Assembly: GCA_045222555.1 (NCBI GenBank)
Contig: JBGUYY010000086.1
Span: 46,390-110,389 of the forward strand
Length of the DNA stretch: 64,000 nucleotides
Direction of reading: 5' to 3'
Source of the DNA: Bacteroidales bacterium
GTDB lineage: Bacteria; Bacteroidota; Bacteroidia; Bacteroidales; WCHB1-69
Positions 1 through 9,706 of the stretch are shown here, one piece after another; position 1 is the first letter of the stretch, and the number at the start of each line of letters is the position of its first letter. Made by a program: the position numbers and the translations under genes. The notes under the pieces are model-generated. The model saw only the letters and a list, made by a program, of their open reading frames with translations. It was not told the origin of the DNA and did no database searches.

Positions 1-261
1 ACCCGTATAATCCTCGCCAAGTAGTGTGCGCCTGATTTTCGACACAACAATGTCGTTTTCTGGCATGGGCAATATAAGGGTGTAATCCAAATCTCGGTCG
101 GGTGACTCAAAATGATATTGATAGCATTGGAACGGGATGCCGCCGATAAGGGTATCGGAGATGGTGACACCATTTTTGCGTTGGGGCTCAGAGGAAGACT
201 CCTGAGCAAAGCTGCTGATGGTCAGCAGGAACAGAACGAGGGTGAAAAGAGGGGTTTTCAT
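1..261 (-). CDS. hypothetical secreted protein, 5' fragment (gene runs off the window at base 1)
   Basis: My own minus-strand translation from the ATG at 261 reads MKTPLFTLVLFLLTISSFAQESSSEPQRKNG... and stays open for 87 codons to the window edge. The N-terminus looks like a signal peptide. It is absent from the ORF track because it is truncated. No family recognised. Confidence 0.4.
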   Translation of the reverse strand, partial: MKTPLFTLVLFLLTISSFAQESSSEPQRKNGVTISDTLIGGIPFQCYQYHFESPDRDLDYTLILPMPENDIVVSKIRRTLLGEDYTG

Positions 262-282
262 AATAGGATAGGTTGGAACATT

Positions 283-1026
283 TTATCTTCTGAACTCATA
301 CATCACGATTGCGGCGGCGATAGAGGCATTGAGCGATTCGGCATGGGCGGTACCGCGCTCCACCAACGGCACGCTGATACGATGCTGTACGCATTGCTCC
401 ACCTCCGGCGAGATGCCTTTTCCCTCGTTGCCAATTACCAGAATGTCATTCTTTTGAAAATCAACATCTTGAATCGCATCGCCTTGCATAAACGTGCCAA
501 ATATGCGGCCTTGCACCTGCGACAGGCACTCGGGCAGGTGGGCATACACCACCTTCACCCGTGTGAACGACCCCATGGTAGCCTGCACGGTCTTCGGGTT
601 GGTCCACTCCACACAGTCCTCAGAGCAGAGCACCTGCCGGAAGCCGAACCAGTCGGCCGTGCGCAGGATGGTGCCGAGGTTGCCCGGATCGCGGATGCCA
701 TCAAGCACGAGCAGGGCATCCCCAAAGTCGAGGTCGGCAGGGGTGAAGTGCGGGGTGCGCACTACGGCCAGCACAGCCTGCGGGGTGGAAAGGGCGGTGA
801 TGCGCTCCAGCTCGGCGGGCGTTACCACCGTGAAAGGCACGTGCGACAGTTCAGCCCGGTGGGCCTCCGTCCACGCCTCGGTGGCGAAAAGTTCCTCTAC
901 GGGCAGCGACGAAGCCAGGAGGTCGCACACCGACTTGGTGCCCTCCACCACAAAAAGGCCACGCTCCTCGCGAAACTTCTTCTGCGACAGCTTCTTCAGT
1001 TCTGAAATTTTATTCTTGCTAATCAT
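283..1026 (-). CDS. TrmH/SpoU-family RNA 2'-O-methyltransferase
   Basis: 247 aa. SPOUT-type motifs are present: LVLDGIRDPGNLGTILRTA, VIGNEGKGIS and ESLNASIAAAIVMYE. Confidence 0.85.
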   Translation of the reverse strand: MISKNKISELKKLSQKKFREERGLFVVEGTKSVCDLLASSLPVEELFATEAWTEAHRAELSHVPFTVVTPAELERITALSTPQAVLAVVRTPHFTPADLDFGDALLVLDGIRDPGNLGTILRTADWFGFRQVLCSEDCVEWTNPKTVQATMGSFTRVKVVYAHLPECLSQVQGRIFGTFMQGDAIQDVDFQKNDILVIGNEGKGISPEVEQCVQHRISVPLVERGTAHAESLNASIAAAIVMYEFRR

Positions 1027-1051
1027 TCAAAAGCAGCATTGTTTTCGGGTG

Positions 1052-1059
1052 CAAAAGTA
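1052..1059 (-). promoter_or_regulatory. Bacteroidetes -7 promoter element (TAnnTTTG)
   Basis: TACTTTTG on the coding strand, 25 nt upstream of the trmH-like ATG. Confidence 0.5.
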
Positions 1060-1067
1060 CGAGAATT

Positions 1068-1781
1068 TTACGACAAGAGGTTGACCACATCCTCGTACTT
1101 TCCGACGTCCATCCAGTCGTCGTGCTGGTGCAGATAGCCCTGTATCGGGTACCGGGCAGCGAGATCGACATAGAGCGGGGTCATCGAGAGTTTTTGTCCA
1201 GCCGGGATATGGTCGAGGATGTCGCGGCGCACCACGTGGATGCCGCTGAACCCTAATGGATATTCGTGCTGCATGGGGATTTCCACGCACTTCTCACCGC
1301 TCTTCACGTTCTCCCACCCGCACAGCCGCATCGTGTCGCGCTCGAACAGCAGGTAGCGCGAGGTGGTACGCTCACGCACCGCCAAAGTAGCCAACGCGCC
1401 GCCCTGCAAATGACTGTCAATCAGTTTTTTCAAATCAATATTAGAAAGAATATCCACATTATGGAGCAGAATATGATCGCTGTCTTGGAAAAACGGCTCG
1501 GCAAATTTCAGTCCGCCGGCGGTGTCGAGCAGCAGGTCGGTCTCGTCGGAAATCAGCACCTCCGCATCAAACGGATGGGTGGCGATGAACTGCTTCATCA
1601 AGTCGCTGAAATGGTGGATGTTGACCACGATGTGGTGGATGCCGGCATCGGTGATGCGGCGGATGACGGTTTCGAGCAGCGTCACCCCGTTCAACTCCAC
1701 AAGGGCCTTGGGGCGGTCTTTGGTGAGCGGATAGAGTCGGGTGCCGAGGCCGGCGGCGAAAATCATTGCGGATGTTTTCAT
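1068..1781 (-). CDS. sugar-1-phosphate nucleotidylyltransferase family protein (MurU/GlmU-N-like)
   Basis: 237 aa. The N-terminal signature AAGLGTRLYPLTKDRPKALV matches the G-x-G-x-R-x-x-P-x-T-x-x-x-PK motif of NTP_transferase enzymes. Confidence 0.75.
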   Translation of the reverse strand: MKTSAMIFAAGLGTRLYPLTKDRPKALVELNGVTLLETVIRRITDAGIHHIVVNIHHFSDLMKQFIATHPFDAEVLISDETDLLLDTAGGLKFAEPFFQDSDHILLHNVDILSNIDLKKLIDSHLQGGALATLAVRERTTSRYLLFERDTMRLCGWENVKSGEKCVEIPMQHEYPLGFSGIHVVRRDILDHIPAGQKLSMTPLYVDLAARYPIQGYLHQHDDWMDVGKYEDVVNLLS

Positions 1782-1803
1782 CGGAGGTAGGTTCTTTCCG
1801 TTC

Positions 1804-2388
1804 TCAGTTTTCAGTTTTCAATTTCACCTCCCCGTTCTCCAGCCGGTACTTTTCGCCCGACTCGGGACAGGTGGCCTCGCCAGCTTCGTCGAAGACCAGC
1901 GTGCAGCCTCGACGGCTCACCCAACCCATCTGACGGGCCGGATTCCCCACCACTAACGCAAACGGCGGCACATTTTTCGTCACCACCGCACCAGCACCCA
2001 CCAGCGCGTATGCCCCGATGTTGTGTCCGCAAACCACTGTGGCATTGGCCCCTATCGTGGCGCCACGTCCCACATGGGTGGGCGCAAACGCATCCTTCCG
2101 ACACACACTGCTACGCGGATTCACCACATTCGTGAACACCATCGAAGGACCCAAAAACACCTCATCCTCGCAGGTCACTCCCTCGTAAATCGAGACGTTG
2201 TTCTGCACCTTCACCCCATTGCCTAACACTACGCCCGAAGCAATGAACACATTCTGCCCGATGTTGCAATTCTCGCCCAGCACCGCACCACTCATCAGAT
2301 GCGAAAAATGCCAAACCTTGCTGCCCGCTCCGATGCGGCAGCCCTCGTCAACAACAGCGGTATCGTGAATAAAAATTTCCTGGCTCAT
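1804..2388 (-). CDS. left-handed beta-helix (hexapeptide) N-acetyltransferase, WbpD/WlbB-like
   Basis: 194 aa. Hexapeptide repeats run throughout (IGAGSKV, LGENCNIGQNVFI, IGANATV, VGAGAVV). Length and layout resemble UDP-2-acetamido-3-amino-2,3-dideoxy-glucuronate N-acetyltransferases. Confidence 0.7.
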   Translation of the reverse strand: MSQEIFIHDTAVVDEGCRIGAGSKVWHFSHLMSGAVLGENCNIGQNVFIASGVVLGNGVKVQNNVSIYEGVTCEDEVFLGPSMVFTNVVNPRSSVCRKDAFAPTHVGRGATIGANATVVCGHNIGAYALVGAGAVVTKNVPPFALVVGNPARQMGWVSRRGCTLVFDEAGEATCPESGEKYRLENGEVKLKTEN

Positions 2389-2419
2389 AGTTGTTGTATT
2401 TCGTTGAGATGGGTTCTTC

Positions 2420-4015
2420 TTACAATTTGTCCTCTGTCACGGGGTTGAGATCGCGATGCTCGGGATAGTCGAGCGAGTAGTGCAGACCGCGGCTCTCCTT
2501 GCGTGCCATGGCGTTACGGATGATGAGATAGCCCACATTGATGACATTACGCAACTCGCAAATCTCAGGAATGAGGATGGACTTTTTGTACAACTCCTCC
2601 GTCTCGCGGTACAGGATTTCCAGTCGGTCGAAAGCACGCTGCAGACGCAGGTTGGATCGCACAATGCCCACATAACTCGACATGATGGTCTGCACCTCCT
2701 TCATCGACTGCGTGATAAGCACCATCTCCTCGTTGAGCACGGTACCCTCGGTGTCCCAGTCGGGCACGGCATCGCAGAAATCAATGCTGTTGATGGCCTC
2801 CACAGCGTTGAGGCATGCACGGTGTGAGAAGACAAGAGCTTCCAGCAACGAGTTGGATGCCAGTCGATTGGCTCCATGCAAACCAGTGGAAGCGCACTCA
2901 CCAGAGGCGTACAGATGGCGGATGGTAGAGCGTCCCCACTCATCCACCTGGATGCCGCCGCAGGAGTAGTGGGCGGCGGGCACCACGGGAATCATCTCCT
3001 TGGTGGGGTCGATGCCGATGCTGAGGCATTTGGCGTAGATGTTGGGGAAATGGGCGAACATTTCCTCTTTTTTGATGAGGGTGGTGTCCAAATAGACATG
3101 ATCCACACCCTTGGTTTTCATTTCGTTATCGATGGCGCGGGCCACAATGTCGCGGGGGGCGAGCGAACCGCGCGGGTCATATTTACTCATAAAGCTCTCA
3201 CCCTCTTTGGTTTTGAGGATAGCCCCCGCGCCGCGCATGGCCTCTGTGATCAGGAACGAGGGACGCTCGCTGGGGTTGTAAAGGGAGGTAGGATGGAACT
3301 GCACGAACTCCATGCCGCGCACCGCACCCTTCGCACGATATACCATTGCCACACCATCGCCAGTGGCCACCGTGGGATTGGTAGTGTTGCCATATACGGT
3401 GCCGATACCGCCGGTAGCCATCATGGTCACCTTCGACAATATCGTGTCAACCTCCTTAGTCTGAGGATTATAGATGTAAGCCCCGTAGCAGGTGATGCCG
3501 TCGGTGTGGCGGTTCACCTCCACGCCCAAATGGTGCTGGGTGATGATTTCCACCGCCAAATGGTTGTCCAGAATCTCGATGTCGGGATTTTTCTGGGCTG
3601 CGAGAATCAGCTTCTGCTCGATTTCGTAGCCGGTGATGTCCTTGTGGTGCAGCACTCTGAACTCGGAGTGACCGCCCTCCTTGGCGAGGGCGAACTTGCC
3701 CGACTGGGTCTTGTCGAAGTCCACGCCCCACTCCACCAGCTCCATCACGCGCGCCGTGGATTCGCGGATGGTGAGCTCCACGATGCGGCGGTCGGAAAGC
3801 TCGTCGCCGGCAATCATGGTGTCCTGGATGTGCTTTTCGTACGTGTCAGGACTGTACATCACAGCAGCGATGCCGCCCTGGGCGTACTTGGTGGAGGTGT
3901 CGTCAGTTTTGGCTTTGGTAATCATGCAGACCTTGCCGAAGTTAGCGGCTTTCAGTGCAAAACACAGCCCCGCGATGCCAGAGCCGATGACTAAGAAATC
4001 TACTTTTTTTCTCAT
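2420..4015 (-). CDS. nadB: L-aspartate oxidase
   Basis: 531 aa. FAD motif DFLVIGSGIAGL, plus HYSCGGI and GANRLASNSLLEALVF, which are typical of NadB and the succinate dehydrogenase flavoprotein family. Confidence 0.9.
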   Translation of the reverse strand: MRKKVDFLVIGSGIAGLCFALKAANFGKVCMITKAKTDDTSTKYAQGGIAAVMYSPDTYEKHIQDTMIAGDELSDRRIVELTIRESTARVMELVEWGVDFDKTQSGKFALAKEGGHSEFRVLHHKDITGYEIEQKLILAAQKNPDIEILDNHLAVEIITQHHLGVEVNRHTDGITCYGAYIYNPQTKEVDTILSKVTMMATGGIGTVYGNTTNPTVATGDGVAMVYRAKGAVRGMEFVQFHPTSLYNPSERPSFLITEAMRGAGAILKTKEGESFMSKYDPRGSLAPRDIVARAIDNEMKTKGVDHVYLDTTLIKKEEMFAHFPNIYAKCLSIGIDPTKEMIPVVPAAHYSCGGIQVDEWGRSTIRHLYASGECASTGLHGANRLASNSLLEALVFSHRACLNAVEAINSIDFCDAVPDWDTEGTVLNEEMVLITQSMKEVQTIMSSYVGIVRSNLRLQRAFDRLEILYRETEELYKKSILIPEICELRNVINVGYLIIRNAMARKESRGLHYSLDYPEHRDLNPVTEDKL

Positions 4016-4063
4016 TTTATAAGATTAAGGTATGCCGAATAGGGGCAGTTTCTTTTAAAAGTG

Positions 4064-4071
4064 CAAAATTA
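4064..4071 (-). promoter_or_regulatory. Bacteroidetes -7 promoter element (TAnnTTTG)
   Basis: TAATTTTG, 48 nt upstream of the nadB ATG. Confidence 0.5.
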
Positions 4072-4092
4072 CAATGTTTTTTTGGATAATCT

Positions 4093-6093
4093 TCATTTCT
4101 GTTCTTTCAGCAGCCGTTCGGCCTCTTTCATCAAGTCGCGCAGACGGCCGGCCTCCTTGAAGTCGAGGTCTTTGGCCGCGGCCTCCATCTGCTTGCGGAG
4201 ACTCTTGATACGGGTCTGCAACTGCTCAGCGTTCAGGTACTTGGCCTCCACCGGTTCGGCCGCTACCTGCTGGCCACCTGTACCCATCCCGTAAGCCACC
4301 GCGCCGCTCGTCAGCACCGGCTCGGCTTTCTTCACACTGCGCGGCGTGATATGGTGCAGCTCGTTGTACGCCAGCTGTTTGGCCCGGCGGCGCGCCGTTT
4401 CGTCCAGCGTCGCCTGCATCGACTTGGTGATGGTGTTGGCATAGAAGATGACCCTGCCGTTCACATGGCGCGCCGCCCGCCCCGCCGTCTGCGTCAGCGA
4501 ACGCTCGCACCGCAAAAAACCCTCCTTGTCAGCATCCATGATGGCCACCAACGACACCTCCGGCAGGTCCAACCCCTCGCGCAACAGGTTCACCCCCACC
4601 AGCACATCAATCGTGCCAGCCCGTAGGTTCTGCAAAATCTCCACGCGCTCCAGCGTCTCCACATCCGAATGGATGTACTGCGTGCTGATGCCGATACGGA
4701 TCAGGTAGCCCGTCAGCTCCTCCGCCATCCGCTTCGTCAGCGTGGTCACCAAAACACGCTCGTGCTGCTCCACCGTCTTCTCAATCTCCTCCAACAGGTC
4801 ATCGACCTGATTGTCGGCCGGACGCACCTCAATCACAGGATCCAACAAGCCCGTCGGCCTTACCACCTGCTCCACAATGATTCCCTCCGACTTCTCCAGC
4901 TCGTACTCTGCCGGTGTGGCACTCATATAGATGGTCTGCCCCGTAAGAGCCTCAAACTCATGGAATTTCAGCGGACGGTTGTCCAACGCCGCCGGCAGAC
5001 GGAAGCCGTAATCCACCAAGTTCTGCTTGCGGGAACGGTCGCCGCCAAACATCGCCCCGATCTGCGGCACCGTGACATGACTCTCATCAATCACCAACAG
5101 AAAATCATCGGGAAAGAAGTCCAAGATACAGAACGGACGCTCGCCGGGCTGCCGCCGGTCGAAATAGCGCGAGTAGTTCTCAATGCCCGAACAATACCCC
5201 AACTCCTTCATCATCTCCACATCATACGTCACACGATCTTCCAACCGCTTGGCTTCCAGATGTTTGCCTATCGACTTAAAATATTCCACCTGTTTTCCCA
5301 AATCCAACTGTATCTCGCTGATGGCGTTGTTCATCGAATCTTGCGAGGTGACGAAAATGTTGGCGGGATAGAGGGTAAGCTTCTCGCAACTGCCGATTTT
5401 CGCGCCGCTTGTCGCCTCCAACTCGAAAATCTCCTCAATTTCATTTCCCCAAAAAACAATCCGGAAGGCATTGTCGCTATAGGGCGGAAAAACGTCCACC
5501 GTGTCGCCCTTCACGCGGAACTTCGCTGGCTCCAACTCCAGCTCCGTGCGGGTGTAAAGCCCCGACACGAAAGCCAACAGCAGGCTCTCCTGACTGATGG
5601 TCATGCCTTTGTGGATATTGATGACATTCTTGGCGAAATCATCCGGATTGCCGATACCATAAATACATGATACAGAGGCTACTACAACAACGTCGCGGCG
5701 ACCCGACAGCAACGCGCTCGTGGTGCGCAGCCGCAGTCGCTCAATCTCCTGATTGATCGATAAATCCTTTTCGATATAGGTGTTGCTGACCGGCAGATAG
5801 GCCTCCGGCTGGTAGTAGTCGTAGTAAGAGACATAATACTCGACGGCATTGTCGGGAAAAAACTGCTGGAACTCGCTGTACAGCTGGGCCGCCAATGTCT
5901 TGTTGTGACTGAGTATCAGCGTGGGACGGTTGACCTGCGCTAACACATTGGCGATGGTAAAGGTCTTGCCCGAGCCGGTGACGCCGAGCAGCACCTGCGC
6001 CTTGTCGCCACGGTTCAGTCCATCTACTAACTGTTGGATAGCGGTGGGCTGGTCGCCCGAAGGGGCAAAATCTGAATGCAGTTGAAAGTTCAT
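4093..6093 (-). CDS. uvrB: excinuclease ABC subunit B
   Basis: 666 aa. Walker A GVTGSGKT, a DESH box (VIDESHVT), helicase C motifs, and a C-terminal UVR domain (DLDFKEAGRLRDLMKE). Confidence 0.95.
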   Translation of the reverse strand: MNFQLHSDFAPSGDQPTAIQQLVDGLNRGDKAQVLLGVTGSGKTFTIANVLAQVNRPTLILSHNKTLAAQLYSEFQQFFPDNAVEYYVSYYDYYQPEAYLPVSNTYIEKDLSINQEIERLRLRTTSALLSGRRDVVVVASVSCIYGIGNPDDFAKNVINIHKGMTISQESLLLAFVSGLYTRTELELEPAKFRVKGDTVDVFPPYSDNAFRIVFWGNEIEEIFELEATSGAKIGSCEKLTLYPANIFVTSQDSMNNAISEIQLDLGKQVEYFKSIGKHLEAKRLEDRVTYDVEMMKELGYCSGIENYSRYFDRRQPGERPFCILDFFPDDFLLVIDESHVTVPQIGAMFGGDRSRKQNLVDYGFRLPAALDNRPLKFHEFEALTGQTIYMSATPAEYELEKSEGIIVEQVVRPTGLLDPVIEVRPADNQVDDLLEEIEKTVEQHERVLVTTLTKRMAEELTGYLIRIGISTQYIHSDVETLERVEILQNLRAGTIDVLVGVNLLREGLDLPEVSLVAIMDADKEGFLRCERSLTQTAGRAARHVNGRVIFYANTITKSMQATLDETARRRAKQLAYNELHHITPRSVKKAEPVLTSGAVAYGMGTGGQQVAAEPVEAKYLNAEQLQTRIKSLRKQMEAAAKDLDFKEAGRLRDLMKEAERLLKEQK

Positions 6094-6132
6094 AATTTAG
6101 TGTATTTTAGATAATTAAGTTCGGATAGAAAG

Positions 6133-7413
6133 TTACAATTTCACCACTTTTTTCACCACTTTTCTGCCTTGCGAATCGGTGATGGAGACAAGGTACATGG
6201 CTGGTGCGAACGGGAAGGGAAGCACTGTCTCTTCGTCACCCGCACTCCGTTGCTCGCTGTACAGCAGCTGACCATTAAGGGTGGTGATATGGATGGTAAT
6301 TTCTTCATTCTGAGAAAAATGGGTGAAAATATGCAATTGGTCGTTCACCGGATTGACCACCTGAACGGGCAGCAACAGGTCGGCTGAGTGAAGCCCTAAT
6401 GTGGCATCAATCTGGTAGTCCATGATGACCGGCAGGTGATCCGACATTCCGTAAAGGGCATTAGCGATATAGGCGGGAACGGCCGTGTTGGTGGGGTCGA
6501 TGATGGAGCCGTTGCGTCGGTTACCATCCTGTCCGAGAGCTTGGTAAGTTTCTGGCAGACAGCGCACCCGCTGCGTGCCGTTGCGGATGAAATCCGACAC
6601 CAAGATGAAGTCGAAGCGGTTGTCCATGCCGCCACCCGAATAGCACCCGTTGGTGGTGGTTCCAGAGTGGGTGGATTGCGTGAAAAGGTCAGCAAATTCA
6701 GGGTTGTCGTCCCACTCGCCCTCGCGGTCAATCGGGTCGTAAAAGCGCACCAACGAGTTGCTGTGATGCACGAGCTGCTGGTAAGCACTCTCGGAGGCAT
6801 CATACACATTGAAGTCGCCGCACAACACATAATTGTCGGCATGGCCGATGCTGATCAGGCGGTTCATCAACTGATTGACCTGCGTATATCGCTCACTATC
6901 ATAATTATAACCCGCCTTCAAATGACAAACAATGAAAGTAATGAAGGCCGTGTCGCCATGCGCTAGCTCGTTCGAGCGGTAGTACATGCGGTAAGCGTTG
7001 AAATAGGTGACGCTGGTGGCAACGTAAAACGTGCTTTTCAGCACCAACTTACGGGTGTCGTAAAACAGGCCATTGCCGATGGTAATGCTGCCACTCGAGT
7101 TGGAGACCGTTGGGGCAAAGGCATAATAGTTTACTCCATTGGTATTCAACACGTTATCTAAAATGCGCTGCGGATATACATTCCCTTTTCCTAACTCATT
7201 CACTGTCAGCACATCCGGCATCACATATTTGACAATCGTCTTAAACGCCTGATCCTTCGTATCTAAATTATTGGTGGTCTGATCGCAGTCGCCGGCGCCG
7301 TTTTCGGTATAGTATAACAAATTATACTGCATGTGACGGATGCGCTGTGCATTCAGCTGACCTATCAGTATAAAATTGATTATCAATAAAATACAAAAAA
7401 TCTTATGCTTCAT
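6133..7413 (-). CDS. endonuclease/exonuclease/phosphatase (EEP) family protein with T9SS C-terminal sorting domain
   Basis: I trimmed the start to MKHKIFCILLIINFILIGQLNAQ (signal peptide). EEP-like motifs are LTVNELG, GDFN and SDHLPV. The C-terminal roughly 80 aa (VVNPVNDQLHIF...MYLVSITDSQGRKVVKKVVKL) look like a type A T9SS CTD. Confidence 0.75.
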   Translation of the reverse strand: MKHKIFCILLIINFILIGQLNAQRIRHMQYNLLYYTENGAGDCDQTTNNLDTKDQAFKTIVKYVMPDVLTVNELGKGNVYPQRILDNVLNTNGVNYYAFAPTVSNSSGSITIGNGLFYDTRKLVLKSTFYVATSVTYFNAYRMYYRSNELAHGDTAFITFIVCHLKAGYNYDSERYTQVNQLMNRLISIGHADNYVLCGDFNVYDASESAYQQLVHHSNSLVRFYDPIDREGEWDDNPEFADLFTQSTHSGTTTNGCYSGGGMDNRFDFILVSDFIRNGTQRVRCLPETYQALGQDGNRRNGSIIDPTNTAVPAYIANALYGMSDHLPVIMDYQIDATLGLHSADLLLPVQVVNPVNDQLHIFTHFSQNEEITIHITTLNGQLLYSEQRSAGDEETVLPFPFAPAMYLVSITDSQGRKVVKKVVKL

Positions 7414-7435
7414 TATGAGGTAAAAAACAGAAGGG

Positions 7436-7443
7436 CAAAGGTA
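7436..7443 (-). promoter_or_regulatory. Bacteroidetes -7 promoter element (TAnnTTTG)
   Basis: TACCTTTG, 22 nt upstream of the trimmed EEP gene start (7413). This supports the trimmed start. Confidence 0.5.
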
Positions 7444-7534
7444 CAACTAATTTTTTAATCATGAAAAGCCAATAAATTTATCCGTATTGGAAAAATCCCA
7501 TCATTTTTATGGTCGATTTTTGAAAAAGTTGATG

Positions 7535-7542
7535 TATATTTG
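7535..7542 (+). promoter_or_regulatory. Bacteroidetes -7 promoter element (TAnnTTTG)
   Basis: TATATTTG, 49 nt upstream of the ftsX ATG. Confidence 0.55.
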
Positions 7543-7591
7543 CAGCCTCAAAAATTGGGTTTATTTTTTGATTAGAAAATCTTAAAAAATA

Positions 7592-8539
7592 ATGGGAAAA
7601 CAACCGGAATCATTAGATAAAATCACCAAAGCCAGACTGGCATTTTCCTCTCTTGGATCCATTTGCAGCATTGCCCTTGCCATGTTTTTCGTAGGCGTGC
7701 TAGCCGTCATGGCGGTCTTCTCCACGCAATATCTGCAAAACATCTCCCAAAATCTCGAACTCGAAGTGCTGTTTTTCGCCACCACTCCGCAGCAAACCAC
7801 CAGCACGGTTGACTCCACCACCGTGGTCACTACCGTCAACCAAGCAGTTCCCGAGTCTGACATCCGCGACTACGAACTGCGTCTCAAGCACCAGCCTTTC
7901 GTAGCCACCTCCCGCGTTTCTTCCCGCGCCGAAAACACCGAAATCGCTAAGAAACTTCTCCGCAACGACTTTGAAAAATATACCGACAACCCGCTCAACG
8001 CCTCCATCATTCTGACCCTCAAACCTGAATACACCAACGCCGACTCCCTCGCCAAAGTCGTCCAGTTCATCAAACAGAACGAACAGGTGCAAGAGGTGAC
8101 GTATCCCGACGTCATCGCGCAATTCATCCAAAACAACCTCCGCACCACCCAGTGGATCATCCTTGGCATCTGCGGCTTGTTCCTTTTCATCTCACTGATA
8201 CTCATTGGCAACTCATTGAGACTCAACATTTATGCCAAACGATTCAACATCAAGAGTCTATTGTTGATCGGTGCCACCCGCAGTTTCGTGCGCAAGCCCT
8301 TCCTCGCCAAAGGATTCGCACAAGGACTCATCGGCGGCGCCATCGCCACCGCGCTCGTCGCCCTCATCATTTATGGCGGCAGCATCTACTTCCCCGACTT
8401 CATCGACACCTCCAAAAACATCCTCATCGCCATCCTGCTTGGCGGCGTGTTCTGCTTCAGCATCCTCTTCACCACCATCTCCGCCCTCATTTTCACCAAC
8501 CGATATATTAAAATCAATCCCGATAGCTTATACTTATAA
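7592..8539 (+). CDS. ftsX: cell division protein FtsX-like permease
   Basis: 315 aa. One N-terminal TM segment, a periplasmic loop and three C-terminal TM segments (FtsX topology). It sits in the conserved ftsX-DUF3098-uppP arrangement of Bacteroidetes. Confidence 0.8.
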   Translation: MGKQPESLDKITKARLAFSSLGSICSIALAMFFVGVLAVMAVFSTQYLQNISQNLELEVLFFATTPQQTTSTVDSTTVVTTVNQAVPESDIRDYELRLKHQPFVATSRVSSRAENTEIAKKLLRNDFEKYTDNPLNASIILTLKPEYTNADSLAKVVQFIKQNEQVQEVTYPDVIAQFIQNNLRTTQWIILGICGLFLFISLILIGNSLRLNIYAKRFNIKSLLLIGATRSFVRKPFLAKGFAQGLIGGAIATALVALIIYGGSIYFPDFIDTSKNILIAILLGGVFCFSILFTTISALIFTNRYIKINPDSLYL

Positions 8540-8541
8540 CT

Positions 8542-8871
8542 ATGGCAACTGTTATCAAAACCGAACCCAAAAACGCGGCACAGACCAACTATCGCGTGTA
8601 CGGCAAAAAAGAACAAGGTCCTAAAACGCCCCTCTTCAGAATGCCCAACTACATCCTGATGGGTGTCGGCATCGTCATCGCCTTTGTGGGCTACCTCCTG
8701 CTCACCGGCGGCGGCTCCGACGATCCCAACCAGTTCAACTCCGACATCTTCGATACCCGCCGACTGGTGGTCGCTCCCATCACCATCCTCGTCGGTCTGA
8801 TTACCGAGATCTTCGCCATCATGCTGCGCTTTCCCGACAAGAAAAAAGACAACCAACCTGCTGAACAATAA
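8542..8871 (+). CDS. DUF3098-family small membrane protein
   Basis: 109 aa with two TM segments. The NYILMGVGIVIAFVGYLLL...RLVVAPITILVGL pattern and the position between ftsX and uppP both fit the family. Confidence 0.7.
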   Translation: MATVIKTEPKNAAQTNYRVYGKKEQGPKTPLFRMPNYILMGVGIVIAFVGYLLLTGGGSDDPNQFNSDIFDTRRLVVAPITILVGLITEIFAIMLRFPDKKKDNQPAEQ

Positions 8872-9698
8872 TGGAGTGGTTTGAAGCCATCATTTTAGGC
8901 ATTATACAAGGGCTGACGGAATTTCTGCCCGTCAGCAGCAGTGGGCATCTCATCATCGGCAAGGCCCTCCTTGGCGTGGAACATTCTGAGAATGTGGTAT
9001 TTGAAACCGTAGTGCACGGTGCCACCGTATTGGCAACCCTCACCGTACTATGGCGCGAGGTGTGGCGACTGCTCACCCGCTTCCTCAAACTGGAATGGTG
9101 CGAGGAGCAACGCGTCTGCAACTGGAGCCCCGAAACGCACTACGTCGGCAAAATCCTCCTTTCCATGATCCCCGTCTTCATCGTGGGCATGTTCTTCAAA
9201 CACAAGGTGGAAGCACTCTTCGGTGAAGGCTTGCTGCTGGTGGGCATCATGCTGTTGGTGACCGCCACCTTGCTCGCCCTCACCAAGTTCGTGAAGTTCA
9301 AAGAGAGCAAGCCTGTCGGCTACCTGTCAGCCTTCATCATCGGTATCGCACAGGCGGTGGCCGTACTGCCGGGACTTTCCCGCTCTGGCACCACCATCGC
9401 CACCGGACTGCTCTTGGGCGTGAAGAAAGAAGAGGTGGCCCAGTTCTCCTTCCTCATGGTCATCATCCCCATCCTCGGCGAATGCTTCCTCGACCTCATC
9501 GGCGGTGATTTCGCCATAGCCAGCTCTGGCATTTCTGCCACGGCCCTCATCTGCGGTTTCATAGCCGCCTACATCTCCGGACTTTTCGCCTGCAAATGGA
9601 TGATTGCCCTCGTCAAGCGTGCCAATCTCGCATGGTTTGCGATCTACTGCGTCTGCGCAGGTGTCCTCTCCATCATCCTCGCCACTCTCGCCAAATAA
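8871..9698 (+). CDS. uppP: undecaprenyl-diphosphate phosphatase
   Basis: 275 aa. BacA/UppP motifs GIIQGLTEFLPVSSSGHL and PGLSRSGTTI. Confidence 0.93.
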   Translation: MEWFEAIILGIIQGLTEFLPVSSSGHLIIGKALLGVEHSENVVFETVVHGATVLATLTVLWREVWRLLTRFLKLEWCEEQRVCNWSPETHYVGKILLSMIPVFIVGMFFKHKVEALFGEGLLLVGIMLLVTATLLALTKFVKFKESKPVGYLSAFIIGIAQAVAVLPGLSRSGTTIATGLLLGVKKEEVAQFSFLMVIIPILGECFLDLIGGDFAIASSGISATALICGFIAAYISGLFACKWMIALVKRANLAWFAIYCVCAGVLSIILATLAK

Positions 9699-9706
9699 AC
9701 AACCTT

